From NCBI GenBank assembly GCA_964016885.1, contig OZ024744.1, positions 39,060,001-39,124,000 on the forward strand: a stretch of 64,000 nucleotides of DNA. The letters run 5' to 3'. Below the pieces are notes generated by a model. It saw only the letters and a program-made list of their open reading frames with translations. It was not told the origin of the DNA and did not search any database. This stretch comes from Eledone cirrhosa. Its lineage: Eukaryota. Of this stretch, positions 23,668 to 36,335 are shown piece by piece; position 1 is the stretch's first letter; every line of letters starts with the position of its first letter. Made by a program: the position numbers and the translations under genes.

Positions 23668-25605
23668 GTGCTATTGCGTTTAGCTCAGTTCTGTTTCTCT
23701 ATTGCCAGGTTCAGGCCTAGAACCTAGGGCAATAGATGTTTCCATTGTAGAGAGAGAACTCATCTGGAAATGTGTGCTGTTCCTAGTAGCCTGATCTTCT
23801 GTAGCTCATATTTACTGATCTTGCAGAGAAGGGACTAAGGTGCAGGTCTGAGGATTTGGGTATTAATCCTAGTGCTCCTATTATCCCAGGGATAGTGTTT
23901 GTGGTCATCCTCCATATGTGGTTGATCTTTACTTCCAGGTCTTTGTATTTTGTGTTTTTCCATTGTTTTTATAAATATATTCTTGTCAGCTGGTAAGGAA
24001 ATATCTATAAGACTACATATCTGATCTGTTTTGTTTTGTATGATGATATCTAGCCTGTTGGCAGCAATTTCTCCGTTGGTTATCACAGGTATATCCCATA
24101 AGAGGGATATGTTGCCCTTTTCCATGACTGTTTTTGGTTGATGTTCATACCATTTATTAGCAGTTTGGATGTCATGAGAGCGGCAGAGCATCCGGTGCAC
24201 ATATTTGGTAATGCGGTTGTGTCTTTCAATATAGTCAGTTTTTGCCAGCTCTGGACACCCTGAGATAACATGATCTACCATTTCTTCACATTTGTAGCAT
24301 ATTCTGGATAGTGCGCTAGTCCCCTCTTTCACTATTCTGTGTCTATAGGCCCGAGTGTTTAGAGTTTGGTCTTGTGCAGCGACTAAGAGTCCCCTAGTCT
24401 CTGCTTTCAAACCATCACTTCTAAACCAGGATAGTGAGCCATGCTGATCGATATCATTGTCAGGAAGTTGTTCTGGGAATCTACCATGTAGTGGTTTTGC
24501 CTTCCATTCATGGTTTAGTTCCTCTGTTTGGAGTTTCTTTGCTTTGATCTTCACAGTCCTAGCTAGCTGTGCAGCACTCTGTTGTTGATTTTCTATGGTT
24601 ATGTCTTGTTCCATGTTCAGTTTTTGCCTAAATTTTTTTATCTTTTTTTTAATAGTGTGTAGTTTCTTAATTCGTTCTTGCTTGAGTACAGGCATAAAGA
24701 GTTCATCTCGGGTGTAGTGAAGGTAGTTATCCAATCCAATGGTTTCTGTTTTGTATGCAGCTTCCAGTTGTCGGAGCCCCCTTCCATCTTCTCTCTTTGA
24801 GATGAGATATACATCCTATGTACATGCATTTTTTCCATTCTCAATAGTTTCCTTGTCTTAGTGTCCAAACTTTGTAGTTCTTGCAGGTTCCAGTTTATGA
24901 TATTAAAGCTGTATATTACAACTGGTACTGCTAGACTGTTAATGGCTTTGAACTTGTTGCAGGAGTTTAGCTCACTTTTTCTTACCAGTCTCACTCTCCT
25001 TGTGTACTCCTTCCGTACCTTTTCCTTCATACTCTCATGCTGGATTCCATCTCCTTAATTGACTCCAAGATATTTGTAGAACTCTTCATTGTTAAGTTCC
25101 TTTATAGTAGTTTGTTGGTCTATGACAATATATTTATGGTTAGAGAGCAACCCTCTCTTGAATGTGGCTTTTGTACACTTGTCTAGTCCAAATTCCTTAT
25201 TGATGTTATCACTGAATTGTTTTACTGTGTGCCGTAAAGTTTCCAGCTGCCCATCATTGTTTCCAAATAGCTTGATATCATCCATATGTGACTGTGGTGT
25301 CTGTTGTCTCTTTTATATTATCCATAACCTGTCCTCCACAATAACTGACTTAGTGGAGCAAGTGATATACAGAACAGTAAAGGGGACAATGAGTCAACTT
25401 GCAATATTCCACGATTAATCTTGATCTGTCAAGATTCAAGTGGACTGTTGTGGACTATCGTGGAAGGACCATCGTAGTTTTCCAGTCTGTCATCATTGCC
25501 TTCAGGAAAGTTATCTTCGGTGCTACGTGATACATTTCTAGTGTCTTTATGATCCATGAATGAATGAGATACGCCGTCGAATGCCTTCTTGTAGTCTATC
25601 CAGGC
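23668..25605 (-). mobile_element. R4/Dong-like LINE (RT, CCHC and restriction-like endonuclease), decayed
   Basis: MDDIKLF, EFGLDKC, YKYLG, AINSLAVPV, KPLHG, AAQDQTLNTR, C..C....DHVISGC..LA...Y..RHN, LDIII, LIDIS.P.D. Flanked on both sides by (ATT)n. Confidence 0.85.
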
Positions 25606-25829
25606 CATTATTATTATTGTTATTATTATTAATTATCATTGTTGTTGTTGTTGTTGTTGTTGTTTCCATTATTATTTTTATTGTGCATATCATTACTACT
25701 TTACCGAGCACAGCTCTATGCACCTTGGGTATGTGTAGTTTCTACTGATGTTGTTTCTATTGTGCTGATAATACTTTTCATAATATGTGTGCAGTGTCTG
25801 GTAGTGCTATCTTTTGTATGTTGTATATA

Positions 25830-26005
25830 TTGGTAAGTCCTGGGGTTTTGGTCATGTATTTGTCTGTGAGTTTTTATTTTTTAATCATTCCCAGAGTACC
25901 TATTATTATAGGTATTGCTTCTGTTTTCATTTTCCACATTCGAGTTACTTCTATCTCTAGATCTTTATATTTGGAGTATTTCTCTATTTCCTTGGAAGGT
26001 ATATT
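25830..26005 (-). mobile_element. R4-like RLE C-terminal fragment
   Basis: Minus KEIEKYSKYKDLEIEVTRMWKMKTEAIPIIIGTLG. Confidence 0.65.
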
Positions 26006-27711
26006 GTCGTCGACCTCCACCCATTGCAGCTTTCATAAACAGATGTGGTCCCGTGATCGGGTGATTAACCCTGATCATCAGTAGGATTTATATCCCTACG
26101 CAGAACTTGAACTCAGAAACTCAAAGTGCCGCGATAGTTACTACAAAGCCTAACAAATCCGCCAATCCGTCGCCAAGGACTGGTACATTATTTTATCTAC
26201 TCTGAATGGATGAGAGACAAAATTAACTTTTGTGTAATTTGAACTCACGATGCAGCGAGCCAGAATAAATGCCACAACATATTCTGCTGATTTACTGTCT
26301 TACAAGACGTTTTTTTCTATTTTTCCTACCCTTTTCTATAAATGCATTATATACAACCTCTTCGTTTTTTTATGCTCTCCTTTTTCACCCTCACCCGATC
26401 TATATATTCTTAGCGCTAATCAGTTGAATATTTTATTTTCTCTCAAACGAAGGTACAGGCAAATCCCGAAACGTCATGTGCCTCGTCACCACCACGACAT
26501 ACGAACTTATCCAAAATCACACAAATTTCCTTTAATGTTATGTTGATGTTCTTTGGCCCTTGATCTGTAGTGGTCGATCAGGCGTATGATCATAGGTAGT
26601 CCATCCCATCAGACGTAGTGTGTTTGATTTGCGATAAATTTGTCTCGTATTTCTAGCAGATTAGCGGATCGTGTAGGGGCTCTCTCGTTGACTTGTCTTA
26701 CATCATTAAAGGGAATCCGGGTGGCGTTAAGTGTAAGAGAGATGGCTTCCCTCTTTCACTAAAAATGTTATTAACTACTAGTAGCATTTCTTGAATGATC
26801 TGGTTCTTTTTTCCGATAAACAGGAAAAACAAATGCATGCATTAATATGTCCAGTCCATATATCTAAAAGAAAATGTACTCGCTATGAAATTAAAATCAA
26901 GACCCATGGGCAAGTTTTTTGCTAGTTTATCCACTTGGCCACTATCCTTCTACTGCTAAATATAACGTACGCAGAGAATAAACCTACATGGTGTGACATC
27001 AGATGGCGACTTTGAAGCTTCAGTGTGGACCAACGCAATCAGTAGCTGTCCTGAAATGTCAGAAAGATTACATTGCAATGGCCAGGCATAATATTACCAC
27101 AACGAAAACACTACACAATGTAATATATAGGAAGGATAACCCAGAAAAATAACAAAACATGTAATAACGTGACAGTGACATGTCGTGTATACACAGTCAT
27201 AAATATAATGAATACTAATGGAAAAGAACTACAGAACTTGTATTGTTTTCTAGAACATATAGAAACAGACTTGTACTGTTGTGTGAGTTAGTTGTTCGAT
27301 AATTTTCGTATTTCTCTTTGCAAGAGGAGAAAAAACATAGGCAATTGAATACATTAGAACTACTCACAAAATATACTATACAACAGAAAGGGAAATATCT
27401 TTTATTTGTTCATTTAAGGAGACGGGATAATACCTATTGTTCTCTCTTTTTCAACGACTTTTTTATTTTTTAATTTAGTAAATGTTTAATGATGACATTT
27501 GTATTGTTGAATATTCGTTTTAAATATCTATAGTTTAATTAACTAAGGCTTGCTAATTAAAGTTAAATTACATTATTGAACCTAGCGTTATAATAGGCAA
27601 CAGTAAAATAGAGCCCGAGGAGAAGGGTAATGGTGGTCTCTACTTGTGTATCGCACAAACTCTTATTTTGTGTCTATTTAACTCGTTGCTGTCACTCATA
27701 CTTGTCATGTA

Positions 27712-28040
27712 AGCATGGCTAAGCGGTTAAGAATTCGATCTGCAATCATGAGGTTCCTGGTTTTACCCCACCCTGTGGCATCTTGGCTACATATCTTTTA
27801 ACCCAGCCTCGAATCAACTCAAGCCTTGTGACAGAAATTAGGTAGACGAAAATTGTGTAAAGGAAGCCCGTTGGGTAGTCTATACCTGTAATTCAAAGGA
27901 TCAGTCGTGTTACACACTGAAAACTACGTTAAGGGTACACTTGCTTGTAGAATACTCAGACTATAATACGTTCATTTAACGAGTTCAATTTATCGAACAA
28001 CTGGATGCTCATCGTGGAAACCAACCGAGAATCTATTATT
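27712..28040 (+). mobile_element. Second tRNA-derived SINE family; a decayed relative lies at ~9612-10010
   Basis: gcatggcttaagcggttaag (A box), gaggttcctggttt (B-box region), body gtaattcaaagg...gtcgtgttacac shared with 9880-9990. Confidence 0.55.
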
Positions 28041-28099
28041 CCTCCTCCACAGACAAACACAGTACACCAACTGGTGTACTACCTACATACCCACTAAAA

Positions 28100-28600
28100 T
28101 TGTATCCAGCTTTCTGAAATTTACTAGCACGTATCGGAGGGTTCTTGCTGTTCCCAGCAAGCATGCCTTTGAAGTGTTCCAGAAAAGGGCCTGGGTTAAT
28201 GTTCTTTAACCATCCTTGAAAACTCTTCGAGATAGTACCTAGTGCTCCTATGACAATCGGGATGACCTTGATCTCTTGACAGTCCCAAATCCTGTTTAAC
28301 CCCCACTTTAAATCCTGGTATCGGTTAATTGTCTCCTTTTCTTGTACTCTTCTGTTAAAGGAGCAAGCTACATCTATAATCAGGCACGATTTTTTTCCTT
28401 GTCAAAAACCACCAGGTCAGGCCTATTGTGTTCTAATTTCGGGTCCGTCTGTATCCTAAAATCCCATCGCACCTTCACCTCATCTTTTTCTATCACCGAC
28501 TCTGGCTTATGCTCATACCACTTCTCAGAATGTGGTAAATTATTTAGTTTGCATAAATGCCAGTGAATCAACTTTCCTATTATATCAAGCCTCCATCCTT
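28100..28600 (-). mobile_element. R4-like RLE C-terminal fragment
   Basis: IHWHLCK...EKWYEHKPESV...WDFRIQTD...HNRPDLVVFDK. Confidence 0.8.
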
Positions 28601-28602
28601 TT

Positions 28603-29190
28603 AGGGCGGTGGATTGGCACTATCAGCAGAGCGTCGAACGTGCTTTACAGCATAGAGTTATGGTCCTTTATGTTCTGAGTTCAAATCCCACTGAGGTTAA
28701 CTTTGCCTTTCATCCTTAGTATCAGTCACGTACTGGGTTCGATTTAATATTGTTGCCTTGTGCCTACAGAAACCATTATTATTAAAGGGTGGTGGACTGG
28801 CAGTATCGGTAGAGGGTCAGACGCAATGCTTTGCAAGCAAAGAGTTACGGCCCTTTATGGTCTGAGTTCAAATCTCGCCTAGGTTAACTTCGCCTTTCAT
28901 CCTTACGGGGTCGATAAAATAAAATACCAGTAATGCACTGGGTATTTGCTGGCCTTGTGCCAAAAGTAGAAACAATTATTATTATCATTAGTAGAGCGTC
29001 GGGCAACATTCTTTGCGGCATAGAGAGAGACGGCCCTTTACGTTCTAAGTTCAAATCTCGCCGAGGTTATATTTGCCTTTCATCCCTACGGGGTCGATAA
29101 AACAAAGTACCAGTCACAGATTGGAGTCGATTTAATTGACTTTTTTCTCCTTGCTGGCCTTGTGCCTAAATAAGAAAACATTTATTATTG
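28603..29190 (+). mobile_element. Three head-to-tail SINE copies separated by (ATT)n
   Basis: Copies at ~28603, ~28786 and ~28990. Confidence 0.85.
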
Positions 29191-30049
29191 TTGTGTTGGT
29201 TGTTATTTCTTTGAATATTTGTACAGTGGTATACACCCCACCGTGCGTCAACCAGGGTGGGTGATAGTTATGACACATTTTTTCTCAGCACCATAGATAA
29301 CTGACGGTGTTTTTTTTTAGAGTTTGAGAAAGCAAGCAACACTACATCCCATACACACAGACACCAGCACACACAGAATATTCATAGATTCAAAAGGTCT
29401 ATATACAATATGTATAGACACATATAGTCCGTAAAACCAATTAGAATATTTACAGGACATTACAATTGTAATAAAAAAAGTGTACAATATACATGTCAAC
29501 AAGGAAACAAAAAAAAAAAAAAGGAAAAGGGGAATAAGCAACGAAAGAAAGCGAGATAGATAGGGAGCGACAGACTCTACATCCCACTCTGAGCAGTGTT
29601 TCAGTTGCTTCCTAAAGACAAAATGACAAAAGCATTGCCATGGAGAATGGCCAGCGACACCTGATGCAACTGTCACCTCCACCTCGTGTGGCTCCTTCTT
29701 CAGATGGGGTATTGTCTTTCCGATTTTACGAAGGAATTCAGCAGTGCAGGGACCGAGGACATCTAATGTCTCGACGGCAACCGGTACGAAAAGGAAGCAG
29801 TTGATGAAGCCCCAGTATGTTGTTATCTTCCTCTTCTCTGCGTTGCGGGTGGTGGTCCCGTGTTTAACGCCGAATCGACAAGGTTGGAAGCGGAAATTCC
29901 TTTTACAAATATATACACATCTAAAGCCAAAATTGAATATAATGGATAATATGCAACCTTCTGTAAATGGATGTGAGTCACATAAAGGTTACAACGTGAT
30001 TTCCTTTCCCTAGATTTTATTGACAATGCTCTTCACAAAATGTGGGCAA

Positions 30050-30480
30050 TACTAGTGAGTCTGATGTTCTGAATATCTTTTATATAAGGTTTACCTGGTA
30101 TATGATCCAAGAGTTGTCCCTTGTTTATCTGGCCTTGTGCTCTAAATATAACTAGAATAGAGGTGGCTTTAATGCACCACACTTTTTAAAATCTCTATTT
30201 CAAGGTCCTCTTACTTTGAAATTTGTTCAAATATCTTAAAAGATACATTGCAATCAGCAGATATTGCCATGTCTGTCATGAAACATAATTATGTTGTTTT
30301 TATCTTTTTTATGACATCTGGTCTAATGGCTTTGATTGTCCTGTCAGTGTATCTTTATAAAATCCAGCAATTTCTATATTGGATCTGGATGGTGTTGATA
30401 CCAGTTTTTCGGTGTTTCTTTTCAATAGAATTTACATATTTCCCAGTGGATATACTGCTCTTCACTGCCATATCTGTTTT
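30050..30480 (-). mobile_element. Decayed R4-like RLE fragment
   Basis: Minus remnants IHWEIC, WYQHHPDP, TDRTIKA.RPD, DLEIEI. Confidence 0.6.
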
Positions 30481-30789
30481 TGTATTCAGACGTGCACACT
30501 CACATACATAGAAACATGAGAATAAGTCACACACACACATATATTCACGCGCGCACACTAACAGTACACTGTCTCTCCATTTGACCCTCCGTTCACTCCT
30601 AATACCTCACTAACCCACTAACTGACCCACCCACCCCACTAACATCACTAACTTTTCCCCACCTCACCTGCCTTCATCCTTCGGTCCCCATCACCATAGA
30701 CACACCTTTCTCCCTACCATCACCGCACCTACTACAAAACACACACGTACACATACACACACATCCTACTACGACAGCCCCTTCCCATC

Positions 30790-31640
30790 TAAAAAAAGTG
30801 ACCTCTCATCCCCCAAAAAAGCTTCTGGGGGATATCACTTATGCCCATTGCTACCAAGATCTACAAGCTAATCCTCAACCGTATAGTTCCGTATGTTAAT
30901 CCAATCTTTCGCATCAACCACAATTGTTTTAGGCGTGGTAGATCTACACTTGCACAGATTTTGGCCTTGAGAAGAGTTGTGGAAGAGATGAGAAACTCTA
31001 ACAGACAAATGGCTCTAGCTTTTGTTGACTTTAGAAAAGCTTTTGACAGCATAAACAGAAATTCTGCCCTTGTATGGCATCCCAGCAAGACTTGTGAAAG
31101 CAATTACGGTTCTGTATCTCAACACAAGTGCCACTATCATCACCCCTGATGGCCCACAGAGTTCTTTGATATCTCAGAGGAGTGCTGCAGGGTGAAACTC
31201 TTTCCCCATTTCTCTTTATGACTGCACTAGACTACGCTCTAAGACTCTCAATTGACAAAATCAATAACAAAGGTATAACTATCAAACCCCGCATGAGCTC
31301 TAGGCACCCCTCTAAACATCTCACTGACCTTAACTTGCGGATAACATTGCACTTCTTGCAGATTGCCTAGAAAATGCGCAACAACGTTTGACATCTCTCC
31401 GGGAAGTAATCAAGTTCGGTGTTCAAATCTTTCCAACCACACCAAAATTAGACTCTTCCAAGTAACAATTCAACCAATCTTGCTATATGGAAGTGAAACA
31501 TAGACGCTTTCGTCCAAACAACAAAAGCACCTTGATGGCACCTACACTGCAGGACTTGGCAACGGCAATGAACGATAGACCCATGTGGAGATCAATTGTT
31601 GAGTCGATTTCGGCTGAGGTCACCGGATGATAATGATTTC
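30790..31640 (+). mobile_element. RTE-like LINE fragment with internal deletions
   Basis: LILNRI...FRRGRSTLAQILALRR...FVDFRKAFDSI; GVLQGETLSPFLF; ends in a gatgataatgat tail. Confidence 0.75.
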
Positions 31641-32371
31641 ACTTCCGTTCTGTGCGCGCCACCACCACCCCCTCCATTTCCGCCCTGACTAAACCTTCTT
31701 TGGCTTCGCTGTACGCATACTCGACCACTGTTCTCTCCTGGATTTTACCTGTATACTCCAACACATATACACGGACATACCCATACATAAACATACACAC
31801 ATCCACCCTCACACACATGTACATTATATATTTCCGCTACAGACTAAGTACAAGTACAACACACTCATGTGAATACAAACATACACATAATCTTCCGACA
31901 CACACGTGTAAATACACACACACACTAAATTACACTCACATACATAGAAACTACAGAAAAAGCCTCGCACATACTCACACGCACACGTACACACCCACAC
32001 AAATAAAAACTAAAATCTGACAGATATACATGCACACTTCACTTTATAAAACTCTATGACAACCACGTGGCCACACACACAGAAGACATGCACATCTACC
32101 AATTTCTTCCTTTCAAGACCCATGTTCACACACACAACCACATCCATACCCCCCCATACCCCCCCCCCCAAGGCTAGACCTTTCCTCCACCTCCCCCTTC
32201 GTTTTTTAAAAACTTTCTTCCCTAACCTTCTCGCACTACTCATACGTCTATTTGTTCTCTCCTTATCCGAACTTTCCTGAAGGACTTCTGTCCTCCGCTT
32301 CCTCCAAGCAGAAACCTAATATAAACTATATAATTTTGCCTACTTTGTTTTATTTTGATTCATTTATTAAC

Positions 32372-32465
<94 letters not shown>

Positions 32466-32729
32466 AACGGAAAAAATGAAATGAAATGAAATTTCCCACT
32501 CTTAGTACGGCTGTTACTTAAATATAAGTATGTACACGTACATACATATATGTATACAGACGTACAGTAGTATGTATATATATATACATACATGCACACA
32601 TACATATATGTACGTATGGATTCACCGAACATTTATTATAATGCTCGGTGTGTTTGTAAACAAACATCCCGTATTAAGCCGTAGTGTCCACAGCCATCGT
32701 TGCTCGTTTGTTCAACACTGACAAAGGAA

Positions 32730-32770
32730 CGCTGTACTAGTTTCAAGCTTATTAGCTATCGTCAGCGACG
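32730..32770 (-). ncRNA. Minimal type I hammerhead
   Basis: Minus: cgtcg-CTGACGA-t-AGCT-aata-AGCT-t-GAAA-CTAG-TA-cagcg. Confidence 0.65.
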
Positions 32771-33184
32771 TATACCTTCTTGCCAGGTTGTTGAACGTAT
32801 ATACTTACCTTATGCATATTAACGGCTGAGTAGCCCAATTTGCATATCGAGTGGGTTAATCGGCCGGGTGCACCGAAAACGATAAACGGAAAAAATGAAA
32901 CGAAATTTCATTTCTCACTCTTAGTACGGCTGTTACTTAAATATAAGTATGTACACCTACATACATATATGTATACAGACGTACAGTAGTATGTATATAT
33001 ATATATACATACATGCACACACATATATATGTACGTATGGATTTCGTTTCATTTTTTCCGTTTATCGATTTCGGTACCCCCGGCCGATTAACTCACTCGA
33101 TATGCAAATTAGGCTGCTCAGCCATTAATATGCATAAGGAAAGTATATACTTTCAGTCGTTCAACCATCTGGCAGGAAGGTATA

Positions 33185-33225
33185 CGTTGCTGACGATAGC
33201 TAATAAGCTTGAAACTAGTACAGCG
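33185..33225 (+). ncRNA. Minimal type I hammerhead
   Basis: cgttg-CTGACGA-t-AGCT-aata-AGCT-t-GAAA-CTAG-TA-cagcg. Stem I 5 bp; palindromic ACTAGT stem III. Confidence 0.72.
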
Positions 33226-33428
33226 TTCCTTTGTCAGTGTTGAGCAAATGAGCAACGATGGTTGCTGGACACTACGGCTTAATACGGGATGTTTGTTTAC
33301 AAACACACCGAGCATCATAATAAATGTTCGGTGAATCCATACGTACAATATATGTGTGCATGTATGTATATATATATATACATACTACTGTACGTCTGTA
33401 TACATATATGTATGTACGTATACATACT

Positions 33429-33491
<63 letters not shown>

Positions 33492-33531
33492 CAAACCCAA
33501 CAACTTTCCCCGTCCGACGGAGAGATCTCCC

Positions 33532-33592
33532 ATCATCAGAGCTTAGTAAGCTCTGATGATTACCAACAGTATGAAACAGATCTGTCAAATTA
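33532..33592 (+). ncRNA. Degenerate hammerhead preceded by a small fold-back
   Basis: atcatcagagctta-g-taagct-CTGATGA-t-tac-caaca-gta-t-GAAA-CAGATCTG-TC. The 3' strand of stem I has decayed. Confidence 0.5.
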
Positions 33593-33716
33593 TCTCCCTT
33601 TGTTTGTTGAAAAAAAGAAGTAAGTGCCATAGTCACTACTTTAAAACAATAGCGCAAGGTCTTCAAAATGGTTTTCATTAAGCATACAGTATATTGTCAA
33701 ATATACTATATATACA

Positions 33717-33772
<56 letters not shown>

Positions 33773-33924
33773 TTTTTTTACGCTAAACTCCGCCAATTTC
33801 AGACTGCGCATCAACATGTGATTTTTTCTCCACAAAGTTCGATCACCAACACAGAGTTCAAAGAGCAAAGATCAAGTCCAGTCCATAGGCTGACATTATA
33901 TATATATATAACCAGGTCTTAGTG

Positions 33925-34367
33925 GCAAAAGGAAGTACAAACGTCATTTGTTAAAACTAATACCTTTTCTTTGTCGGATATTTGTGGTTATTATTGTTAT
34001 CGTTGGTGTAGTTTTCCTGGTATAGTCTTATTTCTGACGTCTATACCTTTGTTTATTGTTTTCCCTGTGCGGTTTATTTGTTTATTGTGTGCGTGTATGT
34101 GCACACATATTATGCATAGACATACACACATACATATTATACGTATACATACACACAGATACATACACACACATGCACACCCCCACACACACATATTTAT
34201 ACATATATATGTGTATGTTTGTATTCGTCACAGCTATGTGTTTGTATGCTTGTATCACTTCTGTGAGTGAGCGCAAAGGAACCAACCAACAAACAAACAT
34301 CTCTTTTTTTATATTATGTATACATATTACAATTACACGTCATTTTTGACGGCTCGGGGCCAGCTAG
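33925..34367 (+). mobile_element. Helitron 3' portion
   Basis: Hairpin cgtca-tttt-tgacg followed by ggggccagCTAG|t; 5' boundary uncertain. Confidence 0.55.
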
Positions 34368-34453
<86 letters not shown>

Positions 34454-35173
34454 TATTCTTTATTATTTTGGAGATTTTTGTTTTAACATTAAATGGTGAG
34501 GTTTGATGCGACGTGCGAAGAGTTTCTTTTGTGGGGGAGAAGGATCATATTTTGATATTATTTGTTTATTTGTTTTATCTACCTTTTGGTGGGTTTATAT
34601 ATTTCTTTATTTACCTAGTTAGCAGGATGTTCGTCGCGAATTAAAAGGAGAAATAAAAGGAAAGGGGACAAAGTTTGATTGTTTGAAAAAAACAATGATA
34701 TATTGTAATGTGTCATTTGTAATCTTTTTCTAATTTTTTTTTTGTTTTTTTTTTGTCATATATGATTATATCTTTTCTCAGGCCCCATTTGTGGTAAATT
34801 GGGACAGATTAAAGCAACGAGGTGCCCTGTGTTCGAGATCGTTTGAGAATCAAGAACAATGTTGAAATTCCAGCAGTGATACATGTTGAAAAGTACTGTA
34901 TTTAATAATTAACAAGCAAAAAAGACATTTATTTTCACAAAAAAAAAAAAAAAAAATTATTTAATAGCAATTCTAAATTTTGATAATAGGTCTATAATGT
35001 GGTCAGAAATATATTTTAATAGATTTGAAACGGTCCGGGACTATCTGGTTTTGAGGCCCTGGACTGCAACCCACATAGCCTACATGTAAATTTGGCACAA
35101 ATTGTAGGTTGTCCTTTTCGTAGGTTCGTTGTCTATGGGCTGATGGTACCTATTTTACAAGGACAACTACTAG

Positions 35174-35240
<67 letters not shown>

Positions 35241-35584
35241 TCCCTCTCTCTCTTTCTCTCTCCCCTCTCTTACACACACACACACTCACATACACACACA
35301 GAAATTGACAACTTAGATCTCTTTTTGTCGAACTAGTAAGATGTCCCTATTGACCTGAGTTTTCATTTTAGTTGTAATTTGTTCGTTCTTTAGTAAGAAA
35401 TACATGAATGTCACAACTTCCCGTTCTTTTCTCACAAAATATTGCTGTCTTATTCATTACATCATCTTATGAGTGAGTCTTAAACCGCAATCTATGTTAT
35501 TTAAATATCTTTATCGTCTAATTTCAAATTCCGCCTCACAACGTTTTACCTTTAATCTTCCAGTGTCGATGAAAAAATATTGAA

Positions 35585-35812
35585 CAGACCTGTCAACTAT
35601 CAGACCTGTCAACTCTCCCCGTCCGACGGGGAGATCTCTCACCCACTTTGGGGTGGGTGAGATATATCTTCTCTTGTGAAAATGGATATAGCTTTCATTA
35701 TGTAAAATCTCCCCATTTTGCCTCATTTCTCCTCGTTTTGGGGGCACTTTTTTTCATTGTACTGTCCGTTTGGGTTGTGTTTTTTTTAGGTTGGCAGGTC
35801 CGAGTACTGGTG
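35585..35812. mobile_element. ~210-bp MITE, copy 1 (hAT-like TIR)
   Basis: CAGACCTGTCAAC (duplicated in tandem) ... GTTGGCAGGTCCG; inverted relative to copy 2. Confidence 0.7.
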
Positions 35813-35879
35813 GCCGATATAATCGTAGATTATTACATTGAAAATGTAAGAAACTATTATGATTATTGTTGCTATAATC

Positions 35880-36335
35880 AGGGTGGTGGATTGGCAGAGT
35901 CGTTAGAGCCTCGAACAAATGCTTATCAGTATTTGTTCCGGCTCTTTACGTTCTGAGTTCAAATCCCGCCAAGGTCAATTTCATCCTTCCGAGATCGATA
36001 AAATAAAGTACCAATCAATTCTGGGGTCTATATAACAGACCTGCCAACCTTTAAACATCCAAATGGGGAGTACCATGAAAAAAAGTGCCCCAAATCGGGC
36101 AGAAATGAGGCAAAATGGGGAGATTTTTCATAATGAAAGCTATAGCCATTTTCACAAGAGAAGACATCTCTTACCCACCTCAAAGTTGGTGGGAGGTCTA
36201 CCCGTCGGATGGCGAGAGTTGATAGGTCTGATATAATTAATTTGCACTCACACACACACACACACACACCACCACCACCACCACCACCACCATCATCACC
36301 TCCAAATTGCTGGTCTTGTGCCAAAATTAGAAAAT
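35880..36335 (+). mobile_element. tRNA-derived SINE split by a MITE
   Basis: Head 35880-36030; tail ...aaattgctggtcttgtgccaaaattagaaa at 36305-36335. Confidence 0.8.
36036..36230. mobile_element. 195-bp MITE, copy 2, nested in a SINE
   Basis: TIRs CAGACCTGCCAAC / GTTGATAGGTCTG with flanking direct repeat ATATAA. Confidence 0.75.

Larger units (their letters stand above)
32463..33431. mobile_element. ORF-less hammerhead element: 1.4 tandem ~419-bp units plus an inverted ~390-bp copy
   Basis: 32463-32621 repeats directly at 32882-33042. 33041-33431 is the reverse complement of ~32523-32906. (TA)n flanks. Confidence 0.8.

Noticed and set aside
28603-29190. Regularly spaced repeats superficially like a CRISPR array
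   Set aside because: They are tandem SINEs in eukaryotic DNA, with no unique spacers or cas genes.
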